Of a DNA stretch of 64,000 nucleotides, positions 1 to 10,681 are shown piece after piece. The notes below the pieces were generated by a model. It saw nothing but the letters and a program-made list of their open reading frames with translations. It did not search any database and was not told the origin of the DNA. Position numbers and translations under genes: made by a program. Origin of the DNA: Vicinamibacterales bacterium. GTDB taxonomy: Bacteria; Acidobacteriota; Vicinamibacteria; Vicinamibacterales; UBA8438. The DNA is taken from contig OZ253581.1 of NCBI GenBank assembly GCA_965263055.1, positions 1,071,794 to 1,135,793 of the forward strand, in the 5' to 3' direction. Positions within the stretch are counted from its first letter, which is position 1. Every line of letters begins with the position of its first letter.

Positions 1-224
1 ATCTTCTGCGCACCGATTTCGGTCAGCGTCACGGTGAACTCGGTCTGCTCCTCCTCCACGGGGGCCGCTCCGCCCGCCCCCGCGGCTCCCGCCATCATCA
101 CCGGCATCGCCGCCGCCGCCGAGACGCCCAGCTCGTCCTCGAGCCGTTTGACGAGCCCCGACAGCTCGAGCACGGACATCCCCTTGATGTAGTCGACCAC
201 CTGATTCTGAGTCACTTCAGCCAT
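1..224 (-). CDS. rplL: 50S ribosomal protein L7/L12, N-terminal part (3' end lies outside the window)
   Basis: Reverse translation from ATG at 224 gives MAEVTQNQVVDYIKGMSVLELSGLVKRLEDELGVSAAAA...EEEQTEFTVTLTEIGAQKI. This is the typical L12 N-domain plus Ala-rich hinge. It sits directly downstream of rplJ. Confidence 0.9.
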   Translation of the reverse strand, partial: MAEVTQNQVVDYIKGMSVLELSGLVKRLEDELGVSAAAAMPVMMAGAAGAGGAAPVEEEQTEFTVTLTEIGAQK

Positions 225-226
225 GG

Positions 227-760
227 CTAGCCATCCTCCTTCGCCTTCTTCTCTTCCGCCTGCTTCAACACGGTCAGCAAGTTGCGCGGCGCGGCGCTCA
301 ACAACCGCACGAGATTGGTTGCCGGCGCGTTCAGCGTCATCAGCACCCTCGCCTGCAACTCGGGCTTGCCAGGCAGTTCCGACAAGCCCTTCACTCCCTC
401 CGCCTCGACCGTCTGGCCCTGCACGATCGCCGCCCCGATCGTCAGTGCCTCTGCATCCTTCCCAAAACCGATCAGCGCCTTCGCCAGGGCGACCGGATCG
501 TCGCTGCTGTAGGCGAAGGCGGTCGACCCCGCCAGCCGCTCGGCCAGCGGCTCGAACGACGTCCCCTCGAGCGCGAGCCGCGCGAGGGAGTTCTTCACGA
601 CCCGGTAGCTCCCCTGCGCGTCCCGCACCTTCCGGCGCAGATCGGTCGCCCGGGGCACGTCGAGCCCCTTGAAGTCGACCAGAATGATGCTCTCGGCGCC
701 CGCCAGTTCGGTCCGGAGAGCCTCGAGCCGCGATTCCTTGGTTGCCCTGCTGAGTGCCAT
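227..760 (-). CDS. rplJ: 50S ribosomal protein L10
   Basis: 177-aa track ORF with L10-like sequence. Canonical position between rplA and rplL. Confidence 0.95.
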   Translation of the reverse strand: MALSRATKESRLEALRTELAGAESIILVDFKGLDVPRATDLRRKVRDAQGSYRVVKNSLARLALEGTSFEPLAERLAGSTAFAYSSDDPVALAKALIGFGKDAEALTIGAAIVQGQTVEAEGVKGLSELPGKPELQARVLMTLNAPATNLVRLLSAAPRNLLTVLKQAEEKKAKEDG

Positions 761-793
761 CGTGCTGCCTGTATCCCGTCTGCCCGCGGCCCG

Positions 794-1498
794 CTAGGCC
801 TTGGCGCCCGCCTCGACGCTCGCCGTGTCGATCGGCACGCCCGGACCCATGGTCGACGAGATGGCGATGCTCCGAACGTAGCGGCCCTTGACGGCGGCCG
901 GCCGCGCCTTGATGATGCTTACCGCGAGCACCATCGCGTTCTCCAGCAACTGCGGAACTTCGAACGACACCTTGCCGATCGGCGCGTGTACGACGCCCGC
1001 CTTGTCGACGCGGTACTCCACCTTGCCCGCCTTGATCTCCCCGACCGCCCGGCTGACGTCAAGCGTCACCGTGCCGGTCTTGGGGTTGGGCATCAGGCCG
1101 CGCGGACCGAGCAGGCGTCCGAGCCGGCCGACCACCCGCATCATGTCGGGCGTCGCGACCACCGCGTCGAAGTCGAGCCACCCGCCGGCTATTTTCTCCA
1201 CCAGCTCCTCGCCGCCCACCGTATCGGCGCCCGCCTCCCGCGCTTCCTCCTGCCGGTCGGGGCCGGCGATCACCACCACGTTCTTGGTCCGGCCCAGACC
1301 GTGCGGCAGCAGGACCGTACCACGCACCATCTGATCGGCATGCTTCGGATTCACGCCGAGGCGCATCGCCATCTCCACCGTCTCGTCGAACTTGGCGAAC
1401 GTGAGGCTCTTGAGCAACGGCAGCCCCTCGTCGAGCGTGTACGGCCCCTGCTCCACCTTCGCCTTCGCCGCCGCGAACTGCTTGCCGATCTTCGTCAT
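794..1498 (-). CDS. rplA: 50S ribosomal protein L1
   Basis: 234-aa track ORF with L1-like sequence throughout. Lies in the rplKAJL order. Confidence 0.95.
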   Translation of the reverse strand: MTKIGKQFAAAKAKVEQGPYTLDEGLPLLKSLTFAKFDETVEMAMRLGVNPKHADQMVRGTVLLPHGLGRTKNVVVIAGPDRQEEAREAGADTVGGEELVEKIAGGWLDFDAVVATPDMMRVVGRLGRLLGPRGLMPNPKTGTVTLDVSRAVGEIKAGKVEYRVDKAGVVHAPIGKVSFEVPQLLENAMVLAVSIIKARPAAVKGRYVRSIAISSTMGPGVPIDTASVEAGAKA

Positions 1499-1932
1499 CC
1501 GTCGACCCTGCCCTCTACCTCGATGCCCATCGACCGCGCGGTTCCCGCGACGATCTCGGCCGCCGCCTCGACCGAATTGGCGTTCAGGTCGGGCATCTTG
1601 GTCCTGGCGATCTCTCGCACCTGCTCCAGCGTCACCCGGCCCACCTTGCTGCGGTTCGGCTCACCCGATCCCTTGGCGATGTTCGCGGCGCGCTTCAGCA
1701 GCACCGCGGCCGGGGGCGTCTTCGTGATGAAGCTGTAGGAGCGGTCCGCGTAGATGGTGACCACGGCCGGAATGATCAGTCCCTCCTGGCTTGCCGTCTT
1801 CGTATTGAACGCCTTGCAGAAGTCCATGATGTTGACGCCGTGCGGACCGAGCGCGGTCCCGACCGGCGGCGCCGGCGTCGCCTTCCCGGCGGCGATCTGG
1901 AGCTTTACCTGTCCGATGATTTTCTTCGCCAT
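1495..1932 (-). CDS. rplK: 50S ribosomal protein L11
   Basis: 145-aa ORF starting [43 protein letters not shown], a classic L11 N-terminus. It overlaps rplA by 4 nt. Confidence 0.95.
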   Translation of the reverse strand: MAKKIIGQVKLQIAAGKATPAPPVGTALGPHGVNIMDFCKAFNTKTASQEGLIIPAVVTIYADRSYSFITKTPPAAVLLKRAANIAKGSGEPNRSKVGRVTLEQVREIARTKMPDLNANSVEAAAEIVAGTARSMGIEVEGRVDG

Positions 1933-1939
1933 GACTGCG

Positions 1940-2482
1940 TCAGATCTTCTCCACCTGCAGGAAGTCGAGCTCCACGGGCGTCGATCGGCCGAAGATGGTC
2001 ACCATCACCCGCAAGGTGTTGCGGTCGGGGTTCACGTCGTCCACCATGCCGTTGAAACTGGCGAACGGCCCTTCGTTGATGCGGACATGATCCCCCTTGT
2101 CGAAGGTGTACTTCGGCTTCGGCTGCTCCGCCGCCACCGTCACCTGGTGGAGGATCTGATCGACTTCCTCGCGCGTCAGCGGGGTCGGCTTCGACCCGGC
2201 GCCGACGAACCCGGTCACTTTCGGCGTGTTCTTGACGACGTGCCAGGCCTGATCGGACATCTGCATCTCGACCAGGATGTAGCCGGGGAAGAACCGCTTC
2301 GTGGTGATCACCTTCCGTCCGCCGCGCATCTCGACGACGTCCTCGGTCGGCACGAGCACCTCGCCGATCTCGTCCTCCATGCCGTAGGCCTGCACGCGCT
2401 GCTTCAGCGAGTCCTCCACCTTCTTCTCGAAGCCGGAGTAGGTGTGCACGATGTACCAGCGCCGGGTCGCCACGTCAGTCAT
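1940..2482 (-). CDS. nusG: Transcription termination/antitermination factor NusG
   Basis: 180-aa ORF with [14 protein letters not shown] and a C-terminal KOW-like [18 protein letters not shown]. secE-nusG-rplK synteny. Confidence 0.95.
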   Translation of the reverse strand: MTDVATRRWYIVHTYSGFEKKVEDSLKQRVQAYGMEDEIGEVLVPTEDVVEMRGGRKVITTKRFFPGYILVEMQMSDQAWHVVKNTPKVTGFVGAGSKPTPLTREEVDQILHQVTVAAEQPKPKYTFDKGDHVRINEGPFASFNGMVDDVNPDRNTLRVMVTIFGRSTPVELDFLQVEKI

Positions 2483-2500
2483 CGTTCATCACTCATCCAT

Positions 2501-2761
2501 CTAGGCGCCGAACAACTGGAACACCGACCGGGCGAACCGGTCGAGCACGAGGTCGATCCCCCACAGGTACAGGCCGAACGCTATCGAGACCAGGAGCACG
2601 ACGACGGTGGTCGCCTGCACTTCCTTCCAGGTGGGCCAGGTGACGCGATCCATCTCGTTGCGCACCTGCGCCAGGAAGGTGCGCGACCGGCCCCACCAGC
2701 CGAACACTTCCCCGGCGTAGGTCGTCACGTCGCGCGTCGTCTTCATCCTCGCGGGCTTCAC
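2501..2761 (-). CDS. secE: Preprotein translocase subunit SecE (start may be the internal Met at 2746)
   Basis: 86-aa ORF with a single C-terminal TM helix and the VRNEMDRVTWPTWKEV motif. Located between tRNA-Trp and nusG. Confidence 0.85.
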   Translation of the reverse strand: MKPARMKTTRDVTTYAGEVFGWWGRSRTFLAQVRNEMDRVTWPTWKEVQATTVVVLLVSIAFGLYLWGIDLVLDRFARSVFQLFGA

Positions 2762-2793
2762 GACGTCGTGTCCTTTCGGTCCTCAGCGGCAAC

Positions 2794-2869
2794 TGGCAGG
2801 CCAGGAGGGGCTCGAACCCCCAGCCCCCGGTTTTGGAGACCGGTGCTCTACCAATTGAGCTACTGGCCT
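2794..2869 (-). tRNA. tRNA-Trp (anticodon CCA)
   Basis: Reverse complement AGGCCAGTAGCTCAATTGGTAGAGCACCGGTCTCCAAAACCGGGGGCTGGGGGTTCGAGCCCCTCCTGGCCTGCCA folds as a cloverleaf by eye. It has a 7-bp acceptor, GTTCGAG T-loop, CCA anticodon and an encoded CCA end. Confidence 0.9.
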
Positions 2870-2910
2870 GCGTGTCTCGGGTGCGTGACGCGGCATCCCG
2901 CGCCGGCGCA

Positions 2911-3060
2911 CTACTTCGTCTCCCGGTGCGGCTTGTGCGCACGGCACCAGCGGCAGTACTTGCGCAGCTCCAGCCGGTCAGGCGTCTTCCGCTTGTTCTT
3001 CGTGGTCGTGTAGTTCCGCCGCTTGCACTCGGTACACGCCAGAATCACGATGTTGCGCAT
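2911..3060 (-). CDS. rpmG: 50S ribosomal protein L33 (49 aa, below the ORF-track length cutoff)
   Basis: Manual translation gives [49 protein letters not shown]. It has the CxxC...CxxC zinc-ribbon L33 pattern and lies between tuf and tRNA-Trp. Confidence 0.85.
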   Translation of the reverse strand: MRNIVILACTECKRRNYTTTKNKRKTPDRLELRKYCRWCRAHKPHRETK

Positions 3061-3093
3061 GGTGCCGCCCCCCGGGCCATTCCGCGTGGATGC

Positions 3094-4281
<1,188 letters not shown>

Positions 4282-4325
4282 GCCTCTCCTGTCCTTCCTC
4301 TTGAGTGCCGTTCCGCCAACGTGCG

Positions 4326-4400
<75 letters not shown>

Positions 4401-4435
4401 CCGAGGCGTCCTCCACACGCCGTAGCGGAAATCAC

Positions 4436-4510
4436 TGGAGCGGGAGACGGGGATCGAACCCGCGACCAACAGCTTGGAAGGCTGTGACTCTACCACTGAG
4501 TTACTCCCGC
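4436..4510 (-). tRNA. tRNA-Gly (anticodon TCC)
   Basis: Reverse complement GCGGGAGTAACTCAGTGGTAGAGTCACAGCCTTCCAAGCTGTTGGTCGCGGGTTCGATCCCCGTCTCCCGCTCCA. Anticodon loop CTTCCAA. Confidence 0.9.
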
Positions 4511-4543
4511 TTCGTTTCCCACGCCCCCGCAGAATCCACGACC

Positions 4544-4630
4544 TGGTGGCGAGGGGAGGATTCGAACCTCCGAAGCCGCTAGGGCGACAGATTTACAGTC
4601 TGTTGCGTTTGACCGCTCCGCAACCTCGCC
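4544..4630 (-). tRNA. tRNA-Tyr (anticodon GTA), class II with long variable arm
   Basis: Reverse complement GGCGAGGTTGCGGAGCGGTCAAACGCAACAGACTGTAAATCTGTCGCCCTAGCGGCTTCGGAGGTTCGAATCCTCCCCTCGCCACCA. Confidence 0.9.
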
Positions 4631-4674
4631 GAATTCTCTTCCGCTGCTGTTCTCGCGTCGCGTCCGCTGTCTGA

Positions 4675-4751
4675 TGGAGCTGGCGAAGGGATTCGAACCC
4701 CCGACCGGCTGATTACAAATCAGCTGCTCTACCGGACTGAGCTACGCCAGC
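4675..4751 (-). tRNA. tRNA-Thr (anticodon TGT)
   Basis: Reverse complement GCTGGCGTAGCTCAGTCCGGTAGAGCAGCTGATTTGTAATCAGCCGGTCGGGGGTTCGAATCCCTTCGCCAGCTCCA. Together with the three tRNAs above it gives the classic Thr-Tyr-Gly-Thr-tuf arrangement. Confidence 0.9.
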
Positions 4752-4801
4752 AGGACGAACCGGGAATCCTAACACACCAGCCGGCACCGCAGCAAGGAAT
4801 C

Positions 4802-5548
4802 TCACCGGCCACTCCCACCGGGCGGCATGCCCGGGCCGGGGGCCGACCGCTGCCGGACTGCCTCGTACAGGGCGATTCCGGCCGCGACGGAAGCGTTCAG
4901 GCTTCCCACCCGGCCACTCAGGGGCAGGGCGGCGAGCCAGTCGCACCGCTCCCGGACGAGATGCCGCAGCCCCCGGCCCTCGCCGCCGACGACGAGCGCC
5001 ACCGGCAGGCGAAGGTCGATGTCGTAGATCGTCCGGGGGGCGTCGGCGTCGAGGCCCACCGTCCAGACGCCCGCCGACCGCAGTTCGGCCAGCGCCCGCG
5101 CGATGTTCACCACCGGCGCCACAGGGAGATGCGCAAGCGCGCCGGCCGAGGCCTTGACCGCCGCCGCGGTCACCGGCGCCGCGCGCCGCGTCGGCATGAC
5201 GAGGCCGGACGCACCGGCCGCCTCCGCCGTCCGGGCGATGGCGCCCAGGTTGTGCGGATCCTCGATGCCGTCCAGCACCACGATCAGCGCCGGCGTCCCG
5301 GCGCCGATCAGATCGACGACACCGCGGGGGTCGGGGGGACGGATCGTCGCCACCACGCCCTGGTGCGAGCCGCCCGACGCGAGGCGATGCAGTTCATCCG
5401 CCTCGGCCCGCCGGACGCGCACCTGCCGCTGCTCGGCGAGACGGAGCAGTTCGTCGAGACGGCCCCGCCGGCCCGTGCTGATGGTGAGCGCCGTCACCCG
5501 TCCGCTGCGGAGCGCCTCGAGCACCGGGTTGACGCCGTATATCACCAT
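4802..5548 (-). CDS. rlmB: SpoU/TrmH-family RNA 2'-O-methyltransferase (RlmB-like)
   Basis: From [17 protein letters not shown]..., with motifs VLDGIEDPHNLGAIARTAEAAG and IPLSGRVGSLNASVAAGIALYE-like. The track ORF's Arg-rich N-terminal extension was discarded. ATGA overlap with the ispDF stop. Confidence 0.8.
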   Translation of the reverse strand: MVIYGVNPVLEALRSGRVTALTISTGRRGRLDELLRLAEQRQVRVRRAEADELHRLASGGSHQGVVATIRPPDPRGVVDLIGAGTPALIVVLDGIEDPHNLGAIARTAEAAGASGLVMPTRRAAPVTAAAVKASAGALAHLPVAPVVNIARALAELRSAGVWTVGLDADAPRTIYDIDLRLPVALVVGGEGRGLRHLVRERCDWLAALPLSGRVGSLNASVAAGIALYEAVRQRSAPGPGMPPGGSGR

Positions 5549-6729
5549 CACGGGATCGGCACGACGGTCGCAACGGCATGGACGACGATCCCCTCGCCGC
5601 GACCCACGGCGTCCATTCCCTCGGCCGTTTTCGCCTTGATGCTGATCGCGCCGGGCGGAATGCCGAGCGGATCGGACAGGCGCGCTCGCATCGCCTCGAT
5701 GTGCGGCCGCAGCCTGGGACGCTGCGCGATCACGACGACGTCGACGTTGCCGGGGGCGAAGCCGTGCGTGCGCACGATCGCCACCGCGCCCCGCAGCAGC
5801 TCGATGCTCGACGCGCCCTCCCACCGCGGGTCCGTGTCGGGAAAATGCCGGCCGATGTCGCCCGCCGCGGCAGCGCCGAGGAGTGCGTCGGTAACCGCGT
5901 GACAGACCGCGTCCGCGTCGGAGTGTCCCGCCAGACCGAAGTCGCACGGGATCTCGACGCCGCCCAGGATCAGGGGACGCCCGGCCGCCGTGCGGTGCGA
6001 GTCGTAACCGAAGCCAATCCGGACCATGCCGCCGCCCTCCCCGGAGAGGCGCGCCACCGCCCCGCCGACGTCCGCCGCCGTCGTCACTTTCAGGTTCGCC
6101 CCGTCTCCCTCCACCAGCCGGACCGCGTGTCCGGCCCGCTCCGCGAGCAGCGCCTCGTCGGTCGCCTCGACGCCGCTCCGTCCCAGGGCGACGGCTTCCC
6201 GCAGGACGTCGAGACGAAAGCCCTGCGGCGTCTGGGCCAGCCAGATGCGGCCGCGCGGCAGCGTCGCCGCCACCATCGGCGGCCCCTCCGTCCCGGCCGC
6301 CTCCTTGACGGTGTCGGTCACCCGAAGCGCGGGGACCGCCGCGCCCGTCTCGGCAGCGGCGTCGATGACGCGGTCTATCAGCGCTTCGGCGCAGAAGGGA
6401 CGCGCCGCATCATGCACCAGCACGATGTCGGTGCCCTCCGGCACGGCGTCGACGCCCGCCGCCACCGAGTCCTGCCGCCGGGCGCCGCCCGCGACAACCC
6501 GGAGCGGCGTCACGCACGACGCCAGCCCGGCCGGCGGCGACGCCGCGCCGTCCGCCGGGAGCACGACGATCAGCTCCGCGACGCGGTCATGCCGATCGAA
6601 CGGCGCGACCCCATACTCCAGCAGCGTCCGACTGCCGGCGAGGCGAAACTGCTTCGGCACTTCGCCGCCGGACCGGAGGCCGCGCCCTCCCGCCGCGATG
6701 ACCGCGGCTACGCGGACGGAATGATCCAT
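5548..6729 (-). CDS. ispDF: Bifunctional IspD/IspF (MEP cytidylyltransferase / MECDP synthase)
   Basis: The N-half has [11 protein letters not shown]...PKQF (IspD). The C-half has [10 protein letters not shown]...[30 protein letters not shown] (IspF). Start chosen at MDHSV (cat 6727-6729); 6762 is the alternative. Confidence 0.9.
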   Translation of the reverse strand: MDHSVRVAAVIAAGGRGLRSGGEVPKQFRLAGSRTLLEYGVAPFDRHDRVAELIVVLPADGAASPPAGLASCVTPLRVVAGGARRQDSVAAGVDAVPEGTDIVLVHDAARPFCAEALIDRVIDAAAETGAAVPALRVTDTVKEAAGTEGPPMVAATLPRGRIWLAQTPQGFRLDVLREAVALGRSGVEATDEALLAERAGHAVRLVEGDGANLKVTTAADVGGAVARLSGEGGGMVRIGFGYDSHRTAAGRPLILGGVEIPCDFGLAGHSDADAVCHAVTDALLGAAAAGDIGRHFPDTDPRWEGASSIELLRGAVAIVRTHGFAPGNVDVVVIAQRPRLRPHIEAMRARLSDPLGIPPGAISIKAKTAEGMDAVGRGEGIVVHAVATVVPIP

Positions 6730-7355
6730 CGGCCTGTCTCTTTCCCTCCCGCGGTCTCGCACACCCGCGCCGCGCTCAGATCGAGCACCGCTTCCAGCGC
6801 CGCCGCCGGCACGGGGCGCGGGGCATACACGACGACGAGCGCCCGGACCGCGTCCGGCGTGATCATCGTCCGCGCCGAATCGGACGTCGGATTCCCGAAC
6901 GGCCCCGCCGCGTCGTACAGCGCCGGCCGCCCGCCGACATGCACGACCGGCTTGCCGATGCCGGCGTACTCGTCGCCGTCGGCGCCGCGCCGCAGCTCGA
7001 TCGGTCCGGTCACGCGGTCGAGGTCGTACAGGCCGAACGGCAACTGCGTCACGAGGGAGCAGTGGTTGCAGGCGTCGACGAGGGTGTTGATCCGGGGCCA
7101 GGGCAGGCCACGGCGGACGCGCCGCCGGAGCGCCTCGGACGACGGACGGATGCGGGTCGGGTCGATCCCGAACCGCCGGTACATGGAGCGGACCAGCGCG
7201 ACGCGCGCCTCGGCGGCGGCGCCCACGGTCAGCTCGCGCAGGTCCGGCGCCTCGCCGTCCGCCGTCGAGCGGACCGAAACTCCCTCGACGCGCAGCACCC
7301 CGAGGCGCACCACGTCGATCAGATCGTCAGCGACGCTGACGGGAGTGCCGGTCAT
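6708..7355 (-). CDS. B3/B4 tRNA-binding-domain protein (solo PheT B3/4-like)
   Basis: 215-aa ORF with a sequence pattern ([25 protein letters not shown]) resembling the PheRS-beta B3/4 domain. By-eye call only. Confidence 0.55.
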   Translation of the reverse strand: MTGTPVSVADDLIDVVRLGVLRVEGVSVRSTADGEAPDLRELTVGAAAEARVALVRSMYRRFGIDPTRIRPSSEALRRRVRRGLPWPRINTLVDACNHCSLVTQLPFGLYDLDRVTGPIELRRGADGDEYAGIGKPVVHVGGRPALYDAAGPFGNPTSDSARTMITPDAVRALVVVYAPRPVPAAALEAVLDLSAARVCETAGGKETGRWIIPSA

Positions 7356-8083
7356 CGCCGCTCCAGGTCCGCCACCGTCGCGGCGATCACTTCCCGCGTC
7401 CGATCCGCGAGGCGGGTCGCATCGGCGCGCGTCAACCCGTCAGTCCGGATCGGTTCGTGGACCACCAGTGCGACATCACCCGGGCAGGTCATCAGCCGAC
7501 CCTTCAGCATGACGTGGCGCGTGCCGCTGACGGCGACCGGCACGACGGCCGCGCCCGCCTCGATCGCCAGGAAGAACAATCCGCGCTTGAACGCCGCGAC
7601 CCGTCCGTCGCGGCTCCGGGTCCCCTCCGGGAAGACGATGAGCGAGTCGCCCCGCCGGATCATCCCCGCGACGTGCGCGAGCGTCGCCGCGCCGGCGTGC
7701 GCGCGATCCACCAGGAGATGCCCGGTCCAGCGGAGGTGCCAGCCGAGCACCGGGAACCGTCCGACCGACGCCTTCGAGATGATCCGCAACTGCGCCGGGA
7801 CCGACGCGAACAGCACCGGAATGTCGTAGATGCTCTGGTGGTTCGAGACGAAGATGTACGACCGGTCGCCGTCGACGCGATCGAAGCCGCGCCCGTCGAC
7901 CCGGACGCCGGTCGTCCCCAGGATCCAGCGCGACCAGGTGCGCGCGCAGCCATGCGCGAGCCGGCCGCGCCGATCGATCAGCATCGAGGCGATCGACAGC
8001 GTCCCCAGCACGATGGTGTAGACCGAGATGGCGGGAATCAGCCAGAAGACGGTCCGCCACCAGTGGAACGGCGGGATCCGCAT
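7352..8083 (-). CDS. plsC: 1-acyl-sn-glycerol-3-phosphate acyltransferase
   Basis: 243 aa with an N-terminal TM, the HX4D motif (NHQSIYD) and the FPEGTRS motif. Confidence 0.8.
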   Translation of the reverse strand: MRIPPFHWWRTVFWLIPAISVYTIVLGTLSIASMLIDRRGRLAHGCARTWSRWILGTTGVRVDGRGFDRVDGDRSYIFVSNHQSIYDIPVLFASVPAQLRIISKASVGRFPVLGWHLRWTGHLLVDRAHAGAATLAHVAGMIRRGDSLIVFPEGTRSRDGRVAAFKRGLFFLAIEAGAAVVPVAVSGTRHVMLKGRLMTCPGDVALVVHEPIRTDGLTRADATRLADRTREVIAATVADLERR

Positions 8084-8086
8084 CCG

Positions 8087-9490
8087 TCAGGCGAGCGCCT
8101 CCAGCGCCTCCTCCACCGAGCCGACGCCCACCAGCTCGCACCCCGCGTCCGACGCGGTGGCCACGGCCTCCGCATCGGCGTTCGCCTCCGGCAGCACGCA
8201 GCGCTTGAAACCGAGTTGCGCCGCTTCCTTCACCCGCAGGTCCGCCTGGGTCGTCCCACGCACCTCGCCCCCCAGGCCTACCTCGCCGAAGATCGCGGTG
8301 CCGGGCCGGACGCCCCGGTTGCGCAGACTGGACGTCACGGCCGCGATCACCCCCAGGTCGGCGGCCGGCTCGTTCACTTGGAGGCCGCCCGCCACGTTGA
8401 CGAAGACATCCTCGCCGGCGAGGCTCAAGCCGGCGCGCTTCTCGAGCACCGCGAGCAGCAGCGACAGCCGGTTGTGATCGATCCCGCTCGCCATCCGCCG
8501 CGCCGTCCCGTAGGCGCCGGACGCCACCAGCGCCTGTACTTCGACCAGGATCGGCCGCGTCCCCTCCGCCGAGCAGAGCACCACCGAGCCGGGCACGCTC
8601 GCCGCGCGCTCCGAGAGGAACAGCCGTGAGGGGTTCGGCACCGGCACGAGGCCGGTCCCGGTCATCTCGAACACCCCCAGCTCGCTCACCGCGCCGAAGC
8701 GGTTCTTCACGGCCCGGACAATCCGGTGCGCGTGGTGCCGCTCCCCCTCGAAGTAGAGGACCGTGTCGACCACGTGCTCCAGCACCTTCGGCCCGGCCAG
8801 GCTGCCCTCCTTCGTCACGTGCCCCACGAGCAGGGTGGGCAGGTTGCGCCGCTTCGCGTTGAACATCAGGTGCGTCGCCGACTCGCGCACCTGCCCGACG
8901 CTGCCCGGCGCGGAGGTGAGCTGCAGGGAGTAGATGGTCTGGATGGAGTCGACCACCACGAGCGCCGGCGACAGCCGGTCGACCGCGTCGAGGAGCCGTT
9001 CCAGGCAGGTTTCCGCCAGCAGATAGAGCGGCGCCGACTCGCTGATGCCGAGCCGCCGCCCCCGCTCCTTCACCTGCCGCTCGGACTCTTCGCCCGACGC
9101 GTAGAGCACCGGACCGATCGTGTCCGCCACTGCGCCGGCCGACTGCAGCAGCAGCGTCGACTTGCCGATCCCCGGCTCGCCCCCCACCAGCACCACCGAG
9201 CCGGCGACGATGCCGCCGCCCAGCACCCGGTCGAACTCGCCGAAGCCGCTCGTGAAGCGCGCCGCCTGCTCCACGTCCACGTCGGCGTAGCGGCGCACCT
9301 CGGCCGGCTCTACCGACGCCGCGCCGCCGTAACGTCCCGGAACGCCGGCGGCGGGGGCGGGCGCCTCCGGCTCCTCGACCATCGTGTTCCAGGCGCCGCA
9401 GTCGCCGCACTGCCCGGTCCACTTGCGCGACTGGCCGCCGCACGACTGGCAGGCGAACACCGTCCGCGCGCCGGTCTTCGCCCTGGGCAT
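8087..9490 (-). CDS. radA: DNA repair protein RadA/Sms
   Basis: 467 aa with an N-terminal zinc finger CQSCGGQSRKWTGQCGDCGAWNT, Walker A GEPGIGKST and a Lon-like C-terminal domain. Confidence 0.95.
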   Translation of the reverse strand: MPRAKTGARTVFACQSCGGQSRKWTGQCGDCGAWNTMVEEPEAPAPAAGVPGRYGGAASVEPAEVRRYADVDVEQAARFTSGFGEFDRVLGGGIVAGSVVLVGGEPGIGKSTLLLQSAGAVADTIGPVLYASGEESERQVKERGRRLGISESAPLYLLAETCLERLLDAVDRLSPALVVVDSIQTIYSLQLTSAPGSVGQVRESATHLMFNAKRRNLPTLLVGHVTKEGSLAGPKVLEHVVDTVLYFEGERHHAHRIVRAVKNRFGAVSELGVFEMTGTGLVPVPNPSRLFLSERAASVPGSVVLCSAEGTRPILVEVQALVASGAYGTARRMASGIDHNRLSLLLAVLEKRAGLSLAGEDVFVNVAGGLQVNEPAADLGVIAAVTSSLRNRGVRPGTAIFGEVGLGGEVRGTTQADLRVKEAAQLGFKRCVLPEANADAEAVATASDAGCELVGVGSVEEALEALA

Positions 9491-9510
9491 CTGTGGTTGA
9501 ACGGGAAAGC

Positions 9511-10668
9511 TCAGCGATTATACGTCCGCCCGATCCGTGCACCGACGCGGCAGAGCACCTCGTGCGGCACCGTGCCGATCGCCCCGGCAACGTCGGCGGC
9601 CCCAATCCGCGCGCCCGCCTGCTCCCCCAGGATCACCACGTCATCGCCCGGACTGGCCGCCACCGCGGTCACGTCGACCGTCAGGGAATCCATGGCGACG
9701 GTCACGATATCGGCCCGTGCGCCGTCGATCAGGACCGACCCGCGTTCCGCGAGACGCAGATCCAGCCCGTCGGCGTAACCTGCCGGGACGATCGCAATGC
9801 GCATCGGCCGGTCGGCGACGAACCGCGCGCCGTAGCCCGCCGACTCGCCCGGCCGCATCCCCTTGACCGCGACGACGCGGCTTCGGAGCGACATCACCGG
9901 CCGGAGGTCGAGGTCGGCCTCGAGCGGCGGCGGCGCAACGCCGTACAGCAACAGGCCGGGACGGACCGCGTCGTACCAGGTGCGCGGGTCGCACAACAGC
10001 GCGGCGCTGTTCGCGGCGTGCCACCGGACACCGGACAGTCCGAGGGCGCCGGCCGACGCGCGGACCGCTTCGAACCGCTCGCGCTGCTCCTCGAACAGCG
10101 GATGGCCGGCCATCTCGGCGGTGGCGAAGTGGGTGTAGACCGCGTCAACCGCCAGGTGCGGCGATCCGACCACGTCCGGAAGGGTCTGGCGCAGGTTGTC
10201 GTCGCGGAAGCCGAACCGGTGCATGCCGGTGTCGATCTTCAGGTGCACGTGCAGCCGCAGGCGACGCGCCGCGGCCGTCTGCGCCAGCGCCCGCGCCGCG
10301 CCGGGCGATGAGACGGTCGGCGTCAGGTCATGGTCGAAGAGCCCCGCCAGGTCGCTTACGCTCAGGGCGCCGAACACCAGGATCGGGGCGGTTACGCCGG
10401 CCGCGCGCAGTTCGATCCCTTCCTCGATGTCGGCGCAGGCCAGCAACGGCATCCGCGGCGCCGGCGCGCCGCTGTCCACCGCGGCGCGTTCGATCGCCAG
10501 CGCGACCGGCGCGGCGCCATGACCGTACGCGTTCGCCTTGACGACCGCGATGACGCGGGGCGGGGCGGGGCGTGCCGCCGCGCCGCCGCCCGCCAGATGG
10601 CGGAGGATCGCGCGGTAGTTGTGGACCAGGGCGTCGAGATCGACAGTGGCGTGGGTCGGACGGATCAC
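9511..10668 (-). CDS. alr: Alanine racemase
   Basis: 385 aa with the PLP-lysine motif VVKANAYGHG and a typical C-terminal beta-domain. Confidence 0.9.
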   Translation of the reverse strand: MIRPTHATVDLDALVHNYRAILRHLAGGGAAARPAPPRVIAVVKANAYGHGAAPVALAIERAAVDSGAPAPRMPLLACADIEEGIELRAAGVTAPILVFGALSVSDLAGLFDHDLTPTVSSPGAARALAQTAAARRLRLHVHLKIDTGMHRFGFRDDNLRQTLPDVVGSPHLAVDAVYTHFATAEMAGHPLFEEQRERFEAVRASAGALGLSGVRWHAANSAALLCDPRTWYDAVRPGLLLYGVAPPPLEADLDLRPVMSLRSRVVAVKGMRPGESAGYGARFVADRPMRIAIVPAGYADGLDLRLAERGSVLIDGARADIVTVAMDSLTVDVTAVAASPGDDVVILGEQAGARIGAADVAGAIGTVPHEVLCRVGARIGRTYNR

Positions 10669-10681
10669 CGGGCTCGAACCG

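Noticed and set aside
5549-5947. Arg-rich 133-aa N-terminal extension of the rlmB ORF, plus analogous extensions of ispE (to 17783), nqrD (to 48194), nqrF (to 46758), dnaB (to 12244), GT2 (to 27004) and the TPR protein (to 20033).
   Set aside because: The extensions overlap the upstream genes and have non-protein-like composition. The conserved family N-termini begin at internal Met codons, several of them with ATGA coupling or an SD sequence.
7476-9605. 709-aa minus-strand ORF overlapping radA and plsC. Similar very long ORFs include 1754-3013, 2833-4347, 5578-7512, 10619-12334, 15949-17178, 20089-21405, 21503-23146, 27003-28676, 39866-42100 and 44606-46009.
   Set aside because: They are Arg/Gly/Pro/Ala-rich and lack motifs. 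Each lies antisense to, or out of frame with, a gene that has unambiguous family signatures. These are classic shadow ORFs of high-GC DNA.
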